This document shows, in pieces, positions 54,475 to 63,450 of a stretch of DNA of 64,000 nucleotides. Source of the stretch: Bryobacterales bacterium (GTDB lineage: Bacteria > Acidobacteriota > Terriglobia > Bryobacterales > UBA6623); NCBI GenBank assembly GCA_965263255.1, contig CBDHHA010000008.1, forward strand, positions 1,916,510 through 1,980,509, read 5' to 3'. Each line of letters opens with the position of its first letter. Position 1 is the stretch's first letter. A program made the position numbers and the translations under genes. The notes beneath the pieces were generated by a model. The model searched no databases. It was given only the letters and a program-made list of their open reading frames with translations, and was not told where the DNA came from.

Positions 54475-54966
54475 ATGACCGGCTACATAGTCCTTCAGAA
54501 CGTCCTGCTGCCACTCGGCATGATGGCCATGGTGGTCTTGATCATCTGGCTCAGCCAGGCATCTCGCGGGAGGGAACAGGATCGAAGGGCGGATCTGATC
54601 CGCCTCATCGTCGAGAAGTTCTCGAGTGGTGAAGCCTTCGCCCGGGCGCTCGAGGGGCCGGAAGGCCCGAAGCTGACCAAGGCCCTTTCGCTCGAGAGCG
54701 ACAAGCCGCCGAGGAAGACCTGGCCGGGCTTGTTCATCCCTGCCTCGATCCTGAGCTTTCTCGGACTGGCGTTCTTCGTTCTCGCTTTCGTGGTGACGAC
54801 CAACTTCATGATTCCCGCGATCATCGTCGGGGCCATCGGAGCTGCGCTGGCGCTCTCGACGTACGCAATCTGGCGCTCGGAGGAGCGCGAACGCCTGCGC
54901 TCCTCGTCCAATGACGACGAAGGAGTTGAATCGACGGGTGCGCACTCGACGGCGGATCGGCTCTAG
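54475..54966 (+). CDS. Hypothetical membrane protein (three predicted TM segments)
   Basis: Internal ATG at 54475 (MTGYIVLQNVLLPLGMMAMVVLIIWL), with later helices LFIPASILSFLGLAFFVLAFVV and IPAIIVGAIGAALALSTYAIW. No recognisable motif. Confidence 0.45.
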   Translation: MTGYIVLQNVLLPLGMMAMVVLIIWLSQASRGREQDRRADLIRLIVEKFSSGEAFARALEGPEGPKLTKALSLESDKPPRKTWPGLFIPASILSFLGLAFFVLAFVVTTNFMIPAIIVGAIGAALALSTYAIWRSEERERLRSSSNDDEGVESTGAHSTADRL

Positions 54967-54992
54967 CGCCGCAATGCCCGGCTTGCGCGACG

Positions 54993-55517
54993 ATGAAGGC
55001 GAGCGCCTTGAACGACGAGGCCCTGGGCCGGTTCTACGAGGCCACCGCAGCGCCGATCCGCGCGTACCTGCTACGCCATTGCAGCGATCGCGACTCCGTC
55101 GACGACCTATTGCAGATCACCTTCGTCAAGTTCATGGGGAGCCGCATGGCGAGCACCCCGGAAGCGCGCGAGGCCCGCGCGTACCTGTACCGAATCGCGT
55201 CGAACGTCATCGCGGATCACGGCCGGGCCCTGCAGCGCCGCTACCGTGTGGAGGATCCCGAGAGCGAGGCGGTTGCGGCGGCGCCGGAGATCCCTGCGGA
55301 GGACAACCTCGCTCTCCGGAACGCGCTCCTGTCGCTCTCGAAACGGGAACAGCAATTGCTGTGGCTGCTCTACGCAGAGGGCTTCTCCCACAAGGAGGTC
55401 GCTACCATCATGAAAGTCAACAGCGGAAGCGTCCGCGTCCTGGCCTTCCGGGCCCGGAAGAAGCTCGCGGAGCGCTTGGGCCCGGCGGGGCCTGATTCGG
55501 AGAACGCCGCGTCATGA
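54993..55517 (+). CDS. RNA polymerase sigma-70 factor, ECF subfamily
   Basis: Region 2 (DDLLQITFVKF...YLYRIASNVIADH) and region 4 HTH (LSKREQQLLWLLYAEGFSHKEVATIMKVNSGSVRVLAFRARKKL). Confidence 0.85.
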   Translation: MKASALNDEALGRFYEATAAPIRAYLLRHCSDRDSVDDLLQITFVKFMGSRMASTPEAREARAYLYRIASNVIADHGRALQRRYRVEDPESEAVAAAPEIPAEDNLALRNALLSLSKREQQLLWLLYAEGFSHKEVATIMKVNSGSVRVLAFRARKKLAERLGPAGPDSENAAS

Positions 55518-55870
55518 CGGATTCGGGAAACGCAGAATTGGAGGCTCGCCTGCGGGAAGCGTTCGCGAGCGATATCGCCTCGCAGCGGAACCAGTACCCG
55601 AGCCTCGCCCTCGTCCTGGCGATGGCGAGAATCGACGCGCGGAACCGGAAGCAGTCCATGATCGGTCGGTTGCGGGCGTGGTCCGAAGCCCTTGCACTGG
55701 GGGGAAGCGCAGGGCTCTTGGCGTTCTTCTGGAGCGAGCTGGCGTCCGGCTTGGAGTCACTGCTCCAGCTGGCTCCGCACAGCGTCCTGTCAACGACCTT
55801 GCTGGGACTCGCCGCGCCTCTGCTTGCCTTGCTGCTCTTCTGGCCGAGGGTGTTCGGCCATGAGGGCTGA
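55514..55870 (+). CDS. Putative anti-sigma factor / small membrane protein
   Basis: ATGA overlap with the ECF sigma gene. Two C-terminal hydrophobic helices. Assigned by position only. Confidence 0.4.
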   Translation: MTDSGNAELEARLREAFASDIASQRNQYPSLALVLAMARIDARNRKQSMIGRLRAWSEALALGGSAGLLAFFWSELASGLESLLQLAPHSVLSTTLLGLAAPLLALLLFWPRVFGHEG

Positions 55871-55920
55871 CGGAGCCCGCGGACCGGCGCTTATCATGGG
55901 AATTGCCCCGGAGCGACCGG

Positions 55921-57327
55921 ATGTCGTTTATCCACGAAGATTTTCTCCTCACCACCGAACACGCGAAACGGCTCTACCACGGGTACGCCGAGAACGAGCC
56001 GATTCTCGACTACCACTGCCATCTCCCGCCCGAAGACCTGTCGTCGAACCGCCAGTTCCGCAACCTGTTCGAGATCTGGCTCGAGGGAGACCACTACAAG
56101 TGGCGCGCGATGCGTGCGAACGGCGTCGCCGAGGCCTACTGCACGGGAAGCGCTGACCCGTACCAGAAGTTCCTGGCATGGGCTCGCACGATGCCCGACA
56201 CGCTAAGGAACCCGCTCTACCACTGGAGCCATCTGGAACTGAAGCGCTACTTCGGCTTCGACGGCCTGCTGGACGAGTCCAACGCGAAGAGCGTCTGGGA
56301 CCGGGCCGGCGAGCAGCTCTCGACCGATTCCCTTCGCGTATTCGGGATCCTCCGGAAGTTCGACGTGCGCGCCGTCTGTACCACGGACGACCCCACGGAC
56401 ACTCTCGAGCACCACAAGGCGCTTGCCGAGTCCGCACTGGAGACCAAGGTCTACCCTGCATTCCGCCCGGACAAGGCGCTGACGGTCAACCGTCCCGAGG
56501 CCTTCAATGCCTGGCTGGCCGCCCTGGAGGAAGCCGCAGGCCTCGAGATCCGGTCCCTGAGCGACTTGCTGGACGCTCTGAAGCAGCGGCACGATTTCTT
56601 CCACTCGATGGGCTGCAGGCTCTCCGACCACGGGCTGGACTACCTCCCGAGCGGAATCCCGACCGAGTCGTCGGCCGAAGCCACTTTCGAGGCCGCGCGC
56701 GACGGGAATCCGGCATCCCCGTCGGAGCACGCCCAGTTCGCGGCGTTCATGATGCTGCAATTCGGCCGGCTCGACGCCGAGAAGGGCTGGACGAAGCAGA
56801 TGCACTTGGGAGCGCTTCGCAACAACTCGACGCGGGGGTTCGAAGCGGCAGGCCCCGATACGGGATTCGACTCGATCGGCGACTGGCCGCAGGTGCGGTC
56901 GCTCGGACAGTACATGGACCGCCTCGATCGCGAGGGCTCCCTGCCGCGCATGATCCTGTACAACAACAACCCGAACGACAACTACACCTTCGCGACAATG
57001 CTGGGCAACTTCCAGGACGGCGCGATCGCCGGCAAGATGCAGTTCGGATCGGGCTGGTGGTACCTCGACCAGAAAGAGGCCATGGAGTGGCAGATCAACT
57101 GCCTTTCCAACGTCGGCCTGCTTTCCCGCTTCGTGGGGATGCTGACGGACTCCCGATCGTTCATGTCGTACCCGCGGCACGAGTACTTCCGCCGCGTTCT
57201 CTGCAACCTGCTGGGCAGGGACATGGCCAACGGAGAAATCCCGAACGACGAGGCCCTTGTCGGGGGCCTGGTCCGGCGCCTGTGCTTCAGCAATGCCCGC
57301 GACTACCTGCGGCTCGAGGGCGTCTGA
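55921..57327 (+). CDS. uxaC: Glucuronate isomerase
   Basis: Internal ATG at 55921: MSFIHEDFLLTTEHAKRLYHGYAENEPILDYHCHLPPEDL...GDHYKWRAMRANGV...GSGWWYLDQ... Confidence 0.92.
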   Translation: MSFIHEDFLLTTEHAKRLYHGYAENEPILDYHCHLPPEDLSSNRQFRNLFEIWLEGDHYKWRAMRANGVAEAYCTGSADPYQKFLAWARTMPDTLRNPLYHWSHLELKRYFGFDGLLDESNAKSVWDRAGEQLSTDSLRVFGILRKFDVRAVCTTDDPTDTLEHHKALAESALETKVYPAFRPDKALTVNRPEAFNAWLAALEEAAGLEIRSLSDLLDALKQRHDFFHSMGCRLSDHGLDYLPSGIPTESSAEATFEAARDGNPASPSEHAQFAAFMMLQFGRLDAEKGWTKQMHLGALRNNSTRGFEAAGPDTGFDSIGDWPQVRSLGQYMDRLDREGSLPRMILYNNNPNDNYTFATMLGNFQDGAIAGKMQFGSGWWYLDQKEAMEWQINCLSNVGLLSRFVGMLTDSRSFMSYPRHEYFRRVLCNLLGRDMANGEIPNDEALVGGLVRRLCFSNARDYLRLEGV

Positions 57328-57375
57328 GGCCGCCGTTCGGGCTCGCGCCCTGACCGCAGGGCGAGGCAGGAGGCA

Positions 57376-59337
57376 ATGATCACTCGGCGCAGCTTCTCGG
57401 CATCGCTGGCGGCAGGAGCCTGCGCGCTGCCGCTCGGCTGCACGAAGCAGGCTCGCACGGGCGGAAGCCCGCGCAAGGTGGTCGTGCTGGGCTTGGACGG
57501 ACTCGATCCGAAGATCATCAAGGCCCTCATGGACGAGGGTCGCGCGCCCAACTTCCGCAAGCTGGCCGAGATGGGCTCGTTCCATGCTCTCGGCACGACG
57601 ATGCCGGCACTCAGCCCGGTGGCCTGGAGCACTTTCATCACCGGCACGGACCCGGGAAGTCACACCATCGTGGACTTCGTGATGCGCGATCCGCTGACCT
57701 ACCAGCCGTACTTCTCGATCTGGGAGACGCGGCCGCCCGCGCGATCGGTCAGCCTTGGCGACTACGAGCTGGCATTGGGCGGCCAGGAGATTGTCAACAA
57801 GCGCGTGGGCGTGCCGTTCTGGACCTATCTGGCGGACGAGGGCATTCCGTCGGCCGTGATCAAGATCCCGACGAACTTCCCGGTCGACGACACAGCGACC
57901 CGGGCCCTGGGCGGGATGGGAACCCCGGATCTCGCGGACTCTTTCGGCCGTTTCAACTACTACACCTCTGACGCGAGCGAGCAGTTCCCCGGGCTGACGG
58001 GCGGCGTGGTGCATCGCGTGCAGGTCCGGGACGGCCGGGCCGAGGCGAGTCTTCTGGGACCGCAGAACCCCTTCCGCAAGGACCGGGCCGATTCCAGCGT
58101 TCCAATCGCCGTGGACGTGGACAGCCGGAACGATGCAGTGCTCGTCAATGTCCAGGGCCAGCGCTTCCTGCTCCAGCAGGGAGAGTACAGCGACTGGGTG
58201 ACGGTTCGGTTCGAGATGGCTTCGTGGCTCGTAGCAGTATCCGGCATCTGCCGGATGTACCTCGCGCAGGCCCATCCCCACCTGAAACTCTATGTGACCC
58301 CGATCAACATCGACCCCAGGGCTCAGGCAATGCAGGTGTCGTATCCCGAGGAGCTCGGAGGCGAGATCGCGAAGCACATCGGCCCGTTCTGGACGAAGGG
58401 CCTGCCGTCCGACACGAAGGCGCTGGACTACCGGATCATCGATGACGAGGGCTACGTCAAGCAGGCCGAATTGATCCTGGAGGATCGCCTGCGCCTGTTC
58501 GAGTACGAGTGGGGCCGGTACCGGGAAGGGCTGTTCTTCTTCTACGTCTCGAGCACCGACCAGGACACGCACATGCTCTGGCGGAACATGGACAGGACCC
58601 ATCCGATGCACGGGGCCAGCGACGTGCGGTTCTCCGGCTACATCCATCACCTCTACGAGGAGATGGACAAGCTGGTTGGCCGGGTCCTGCCGGCAGCGGA
58701 CGACGACACGCTGCTGCTGGTCTGCTCGGACCACGGCTTCGCCCCGTTCGGCAGGCAGTTCCACCTCAATTCGTGGCTGCGACAGAACGGCTATCTGGCG
58801 GTCAAGGACGAGGCGTCAGCCAAGCAGAGGGTCACCATCGAGGACATCGACTGGTCAAGGACCGCAGCCTACGGGATCGGATTCAACGGGGTGTACATGA
58901 ACCGCCTTGGCCGCGAAGGCCAGGGAATGCTCGGCGACGACGAGGCAGCAAGGATTGCGGAACGCATCGCCAGGGAGCTCGAGTCGATCCGGGACAGCGA
59001 GACCGGCGAGCGGCCAGTCCATCGTGTCTATCTCCGCGACGAGGTCTATTCCGGCGAATTCGTCGCGGACGCGCCGGACCTGCTGGTCGGCTACACCCCG
59101 GGCTACCGCTGCTCCTCCGAGTCCGTGATGGGAGAGAGCGGCAGCGAAATCCTCAACATCAATCCGTGGGCCTGGGCGGGCGACCACTCGATGGCCCGTG
59201 ACCTCGTTCCCGGCTGCCTGTTCAGCAGCAAGCCGGTTGGGGCTCCGCAGCCCAATATTGTGGATCTGCCGGCGACGATCCTGGATTTCTTCGGGATCCC
59301 CAAGCCGTTCGGCATGCAGGGTAACGTCCTGCTGTAG
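57376..59337 (+). CDS. Alkaline phosphatase / nucleotide pyrophosphatase-phosphodiesterase family protein
   Basis: VVVLGLDGLDPKIIKAL...TTMPALSPVAWSTFITGTDPGSH...SSTDQDTHM...CSDHGF, metal-site blocks of the type I phosphodiesterase/AP superfamily. Confidence 0.8.
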   Translation: MITRRSFSASLAAGACALPLGCTKQARTGGSPRKVVVLGLDGLDPKIIKALMDEGRAPNFRKLAEMGSFHALGTTMPALSPVAWSTFITGTDPGSHTIVDFVMRDPLTYQPYFSIWETRPPARSVSLGDYELALGGQEIVNKRVGVPFWTYLADEGIPSAVIKIPTNFPVDDTATRALGGMGTPDLADSFGRFNYYTSDASEQFPGLTGGVVHRVQVRDGRAEASLLGPQNPFRKDRADSSVPIAVDVDSRNDAVLVNVQGQRFLLQQGEYSDWVTVRFEMASWLVAVSGICRMYLAQAHPHLKLYVTPINIDPRAQAMQVSYPEELGGEIAKHIGPFWTKGLPSDTKALDYRIIDDEGYVKQAELILEDRLRLFEYEWGRYREGLFFFYVSSTDQDTHMLWRNMDRTHPMHGASDVRFSGYIHHLYEEMDKLVGRVLPAADDDTLLLVCSDHGFAPFGRQFHLNSWLRQNGYLAVKDEASAKQRVTIEDIDWSRTAAYGIGFNGVYMNRLGREGQGMLGDDEAARIAERIARELESIRDSETGERPVHRVYLRDEVYSGEFVADAPDLLVGYTPGYRCSSESVMGESGSEILNINPWAWAGDHSMARDLVPGCLFSSKPVGAPQPNIVDLPATILDFFGIPKPFGMQGNVLL

Positions 59338-59400
59338 CGACCGCCGGCGGGTCCGCTGCCTACGAATCCCTCGGCGGAAGGTCCGGAATCGATCGGCAGG

Positions 59401-60213
59401 TCAGCTCTCGGCAAGTTCCTCGGAACGTTCGGTCGCAGCTTCGACGGCCTCCAGGAGGCCGGCGCGAACACCGTGCAGCTCGAGTTCCTTCAGGCCGGCA
59501 ATCGTGGTGCCGGCAGGGGTGGTCACCATGTCCTTGAGCTCGGCCGGATGCCATCCCTTCTCGCGCAGGAGCTTGGCAGTTCCGAAGAGAAGCTGGCACG
59601 CCATCTCCCTGGCAAGGCCCGGCTGGAGCCCCTTGCTGACGGCTCCGGCAGCCAGCCCCTCCACAAGCACGCTGACGTACGCGGGCCCGCTGCCAGCAAG
59701 ACCGGTCACGGCGTGCATCTGCGATTCCTCGACATGCACGACAGTCCCCACGGAACGGAACACTGACTCCACTGCCTGCATCTGATCCGGGCTCACGTGC
59801 TGGTTGGCGCACAGCGCCGTGGCGCTCTCCCCCACGAGCATGGCCAAGTTCGGCATCACCCTGACGACCGGCCAGTCAGCGGGCAGTCCGCACTCGATCC
59901 TAGCGATCGGCACGCCGGCCGCTACCGAGACAACGACGCAGCCGGGCCGCATTGAACCGCGCAACTCGTCCAGGACTGCCGGGAGCACGTGCGGCTTGAC
60001 TGCCAGGGTCAGGACATCCGAGGCCGACACCTCGTCCACAGCACCGGCAATGGAGAACCCTGCCCCGGCACGGGCCGCGACATCCTCCAACCGCTGACGA
60101 GAGATATCCGCAGCGATCACCTGCGAAACAGCTCCCGCGGCTAACGCCCCTTCGGCCAACGCCCCGCCAAGATTGCCGACGCCTACGATGCCGAGAGTCA
60201 GTCCTGTCCCCAT
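59401..60213 (-). CDS. proC: Pyrroline-5-carboxylate reductase
   Basis: Internal ATG at 60213: MGTGLTLGIVGVGNLGGALAEG...RVMPN....GSGPAYV...MVTTPAGTTIAGL. Confidence 0.9.
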   Translation of the reverse strand: MGTGLTLGIVGVGNLGGALAEGALAAGAVSQVIAADISRQRLEDVAARAGAGFSIAGAVDEVSASDVLTLAVKPHVLPAVLDELRGSMRPGCVVVSVAAGVPIARIECGLPADWPVVRVMPNLAMLVGESATALCANQHVSPDQMQAVESVFRSVGTVVHVEESQMHAVTGLAGSGPAYVSVLVEGLAAGAVSKGLQPGLAREMACQLLFGTAKLLREKGWHPAELKDMVTTPAGTTIAGLKELELHGVRAGLLEAVEAATERSEELAES

Positions 60214-60372
60214 TGGATCAAGTGTAGAACGCAACCCGAGGGGCCGACGCCCGACGGCCGCCACGCCCAGCAAGGACGCCGCGCGGAGGCAGCAACGAAC
60301 GTAGGACGCGCGCTGCGACCAGCCAGGCGCACGCGGGCAAGGGCCCGGGAAACCCGGCAAGACTCGCGCCGG

Positions 60373-61815
60373 TCAGTTTCGCGAGTTCAGGAACTCGAAC
60401 TCCCACCCGGCGTGGTCGCATTGGCTGCGAATGCGCCAGGCGAGGAGCGCGTCCAGCAGTTCCCGCTTCTTGTCCTGGCTGCTCGGGTCGTCCCAAAGGT
60501 TGCGGATCTCGTCCGGATCAGAGCGGAGGTCGAACAGCTGCCCGTCTGCAGCATCCAGGAAATGCACGAGCTTCCAATCCCGGCTGCGAACCATGGTCTG
60601 GAAGTCATTGGTCGTGAAGTTCACGTCCCGCGCAGACTCGCAGAAGACGTACTCCCGGCCTTCCCATGGCTCTCCGCGGATCGCGCCGAGCAGGGATTCC
60701 GCTTCCATTTTCGCCGGTGGACTGATGCCGGCCATCTCCAGAATTGTCGGGCCGACATCGAGCAGCGAGCACAGTCCGTCAAGCCTGCGGCCGCCCTCGA
60801 ATCGACCGGGAGCCCAGACGATCAAGGGCATCCGGGTCACGGCCTCGTACATGGTCCATTTCTGGCTGTGTCCGTGGTCGGTCAGGCAGTCTCCGTGATC
60901 CGAGGTGAAGATCAAGATCGAATTCTGCAGGTATCCGGTGGATTCGAGCGCGCTCATGATCTTGCCCACCTGCTCGTCGATTAGCGTGACGTTTCCGTGG
61001 TAGTAGGCTCGCTGGCGGAGTCGGGCCTCGCGTGAGGGCCGCCACTGGTGGACAACGGAGTCGTGGTCAACCTCGCAGTTGTGCTGGATCATGCCCCGGT
61101 AGGCCTCCGGCTGGCTGTCGAGTTCCTCCTGGGTGACATCGAGCAGGGGCAGGTCCTTCTGCATGTACGGATCGGAGTACCGCGTCGGCGGGTCGTAGGG
61201 CGGATGCGGCCCGGGGAATCCGATCTGCAGGAACAGCGGCTCGGTCTTTGGATAGCTCTCCAGCCACCATGCGGCGAGCCCTCCGACGAAGGTGTCCGGA
61301 TGCATGTCCTCGTCGATCGGCCACTCGAAGGCCCCCAGGCGGTCGCGGTAGTCGGGCAGGTCCCGGTAGCTGAGCCGGCCCGGTTTCTTGAGCCCGCGGG
61401 CCCGCAGGGCCTTGTCCCACTCGTCGAAGAAGTAGCGCCCTTCCAGATGACGGTCCTTGTTCTCGACGGTGTACCGCTGCCGGAATCCGAAGAGCTCGTT
61501 GTATGGGAAGGTGTGCATCTTCCCGATGTTGATGGTGTTGTACCCGGCCTGCTTGAGATTCTCGACCCAGCTGTGGCGCCAACGATCACCATTGCGCAGC
61601 ACGCCGTGCGAATGGGGATACTGCCCAGTGAAGAGGCTGGCCCGGCACGGCGCGCACGACGCGGCAGGCACGTGGCAATTCGTGAATGTCACGCCCTCGC
61701 GGACAAGACGGTCAAGGTTCGGCGTGTCCATGTGGGGATAGCCGAGCTCGCAGATGGTGTCGAAGCGCTGCTGGTCAGTGATGATGAAGATGATGTTGGG
61801 CGGCGATTCGGGCAT
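60373..61815 (-). CDS. Sulfatase family protein without an obvious signal peptide
   Basis: MPESPPNIIFIITDQQRFD..., signature SCAPCRASLFTG (CxPxR), FTSDHGD. Confidence 0.88.
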   Translation of the reverse strand: MPESPPNIIFIITDQQRFDTICELGYPHMDTPNLDRLVREGVTFTNCHVPAASCAPCRASLFTGQYPHSHGVLRNGDRWRHSWVENLKQAGYNTINIGKMHTFPYNELFGFRQRYTVENKDRHLEGRYFFDEWDKALRARGLKKPGRLSYRDLPDYRDRLGAFEWPIDEDMHPDTFVGGLAAWWLESYPKTEPLFLQIGFPGPHPPYDPPTRYSDPYMQKDLPLLDVTQEELDSQPEAYRGMIQHNCEVDHDSVVHQWRPSREARLRQRAYYHGNVTLIDEQVGKIMSALESTGYLQNSILIFTSDHGDCLTDHGHSQKWTMYEAVTRMPLIVWAPGRFEGGRRLDGLCSLLDVGPTILEMAGISPPAKMEAESLLGAIRGEPWEGREYVFCESARDVNFTTNDFQTMVRSRDWKLVHFLDAADGQLFDLRSDPDEIRNLWDDPSSQDKKRELLDALLAWRIRSQCDHAGWEFEFLNSRN

Positions 61816-61952
61816 AAACCCTGTATTCTAGCCACGGGCTGGCCCTGCGACTGTCAGTCGGAAACTGCGCCGAGGCAGCCGCGGATGACATGCCCCGCGA
61901 GGCATCCGGGCGATTCAGGCCGGAATGCTCCGGGCGACGCGGCGACGGCCGT

Positions 61953-63314
61953 TCAGGCTGAGAGCCCTTCCAGCGGGCCCGTGCTGTCACCGAACGCGGA
62001 AGCATCCTCCAACCCCATGTGGTGCATCATGGCCAGATAGAGGTTGCACAGCGGCGTGTCGGGCTTGGCCCGGACTCGTCGACCCGGCCGCAGCGCTCCC
62101 TTGGCGCGGCCAGCAAGGATCAGCGGAAGATTCGAAGGATCGTGGACGTTGCCGTCCCTCAAGGAGGAACCGAACATGACCATCGAATTGTCCAGCACCG
62201 ACGAATCGCCCTCGTCGAGCCCGCGCATTCTCTCCAGTAGGTACGCAGCCTGTCTCGTGTGCCAGTTGATGATTGTCTCGTACATGGCGCGGCGGTCGGG
62301 CTCGTTCCGGTGATGCGAGATGCCGTGGAAGCTTCCATTCACACCATCTAGGAACGAGAAGTCCCTGCCGGTTTGCGCGTCGCCGAACATGAAGGTCGCT
62401 ACGCGCGTGGTGTCGGTCCAGAAGGCGAGAAGCAGGATGTCCAGCATGAGTCGGACATGCTCTTCGTGACTCTCGGGGATGCCCGCCTCAGGCCTGGAGA
62501 CTCCGAGGTCGCCTTCGTTGATCCACCGCGGCTGGGGGCTCATGGCGGCCTGGATCCGGGACTCAACGGACCGTACCGACTCCAGGTACTCGTCAAGCTT
62601 GAGCTGGTCCCTTCGGCTGCCGCGTCTCCGGACGGAAGCGGCTTTCTCCAGGACTGCGTCAAGGATGCTGGCTTCGTCCCGGTGGCTTGACGTCACAGCC
62701 GGACCACCCGAGCCCGGAGCGCCGAGCCGGAACAGCCGGTCGAAGGCCTGCTGGGGCACGATCTCCTTAGCGGCAGGCGTGTGCGGGTCACGCCAAGAAA
62801 TATAGGAACCGACGATGCGCGCGAAACCCCCGCCAATGTTGTCGACGCCCGTGCGGGGAGCGTCAACGCCAAGCTGGATCGACGGGAGCGGTGTGCGATA
62901 GCCGATCCGACCCGCGATGAGCTGGTCCACAGAAGTCCCGCCGGTATCGATGTCCCTGCCGGTCGAGCGCTCGACATAGCCGCCCGAGAGCCAGGCCGGA
63001 ACCTTGGCCCAGTGCCCGTTGCGCCCGACGGCCTGCTCGTTCCAGAGATTCTCCAGCAGGATGTAATCGCTCTTGAGCGGCTCGAACGCCTTCAGGTGCG
63101 GCGTGATTTCGTAGTTCTCGCCCTCCCCGGTCGGGAACCAGTGATCCGGGCGCACTCCGCAGGGCATGAACAGGAACGCCAGCCTCAGCGGGGGCTCGGC
63201 CAGTTTCCGCGCGCCCCCGGTTGCCGCCGGCGCGAACGACTCCAGCCACGGGAGGGCCAAGCTCACTCCTGCTCCGCGGAGCACAGTTCTTCGCGAGACG
63301 GGCTGTCGCATCAC
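61953..63314 (-). CDS. DUF1552 domain protein (Tat-like signal)
   Basis: MMRQPVSRRTVLRGAGVSLALPWLESFA, ...SHH..., GNVHDPSNLPLILAG. Downstream partner of a DUF1592-type gene. Confidence 0.85.
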   Translation of the reverse strand: MMRQPVSRRTVLRGAGVSLALPWLESFAPAATGGARKLAEPPLRLAFLFMPCGVRPDHWFPTGEGENYEITPHLKAFEPLKSDYILLENLWNEQAVGRNGHWAKVPAWLSGGYVERSTGRDIDTGGTSVDQLIAGRIGYRTPLPSIQLGVDAPRTGVDNIGGGFARIVGSYISWRDPHTPAAKEIVPQQAFDRLFRLGAPGSGGPAVTSSHRDEASILDAVLEKAASVRRRGSRRDQLKLDEYLESVRSVESRIQAAMSPQPRWINEGDLGVSRPEAGIPESHEEHVRLMLDILLLAFWTDTTRVATFMFGDAQTGRDFSFLDGVNGSFHGISHHRNEPDRRAMYETIINWHTRQAAYLLERMRGLDEGDSSVLDNSMVMFGSSLRDGNVHDPSNLPLILAGRAKGALRPGRRVRAKPDTPLCNLYLAMMHHMGLEDASAFGDSTGPLEGLSA

Positions 63315-63450
63315 AACGATCTCCGGACGGGTCCCAGCCTACCACAGGGGCCGGCTTTTCGCAGGGGATGTAAGCGCCTCTCGACGCCCAGGATTCCCGA
63401 CGCGCTGGTCCGGTCTGGGCTGGGGTGGTTTTTTTGAAGCCTGCACCGCA

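Noticed and set aside
56203-58764. 853-aa ORF on the minus strand
   Set aside because: It is antisense to uxaC and to the phosphodiesterase-family gene, both of which have unmistakable family motifs. Its own composition is junk-like.
63400-63430. T7 run (ggggtggttttttt) that looks like an intrinsic terminator tail
   Set aside because: It is on the plus strand, between two minus-strand genes, and has no convincing upstream stem. On the coding strand it is an A-run.
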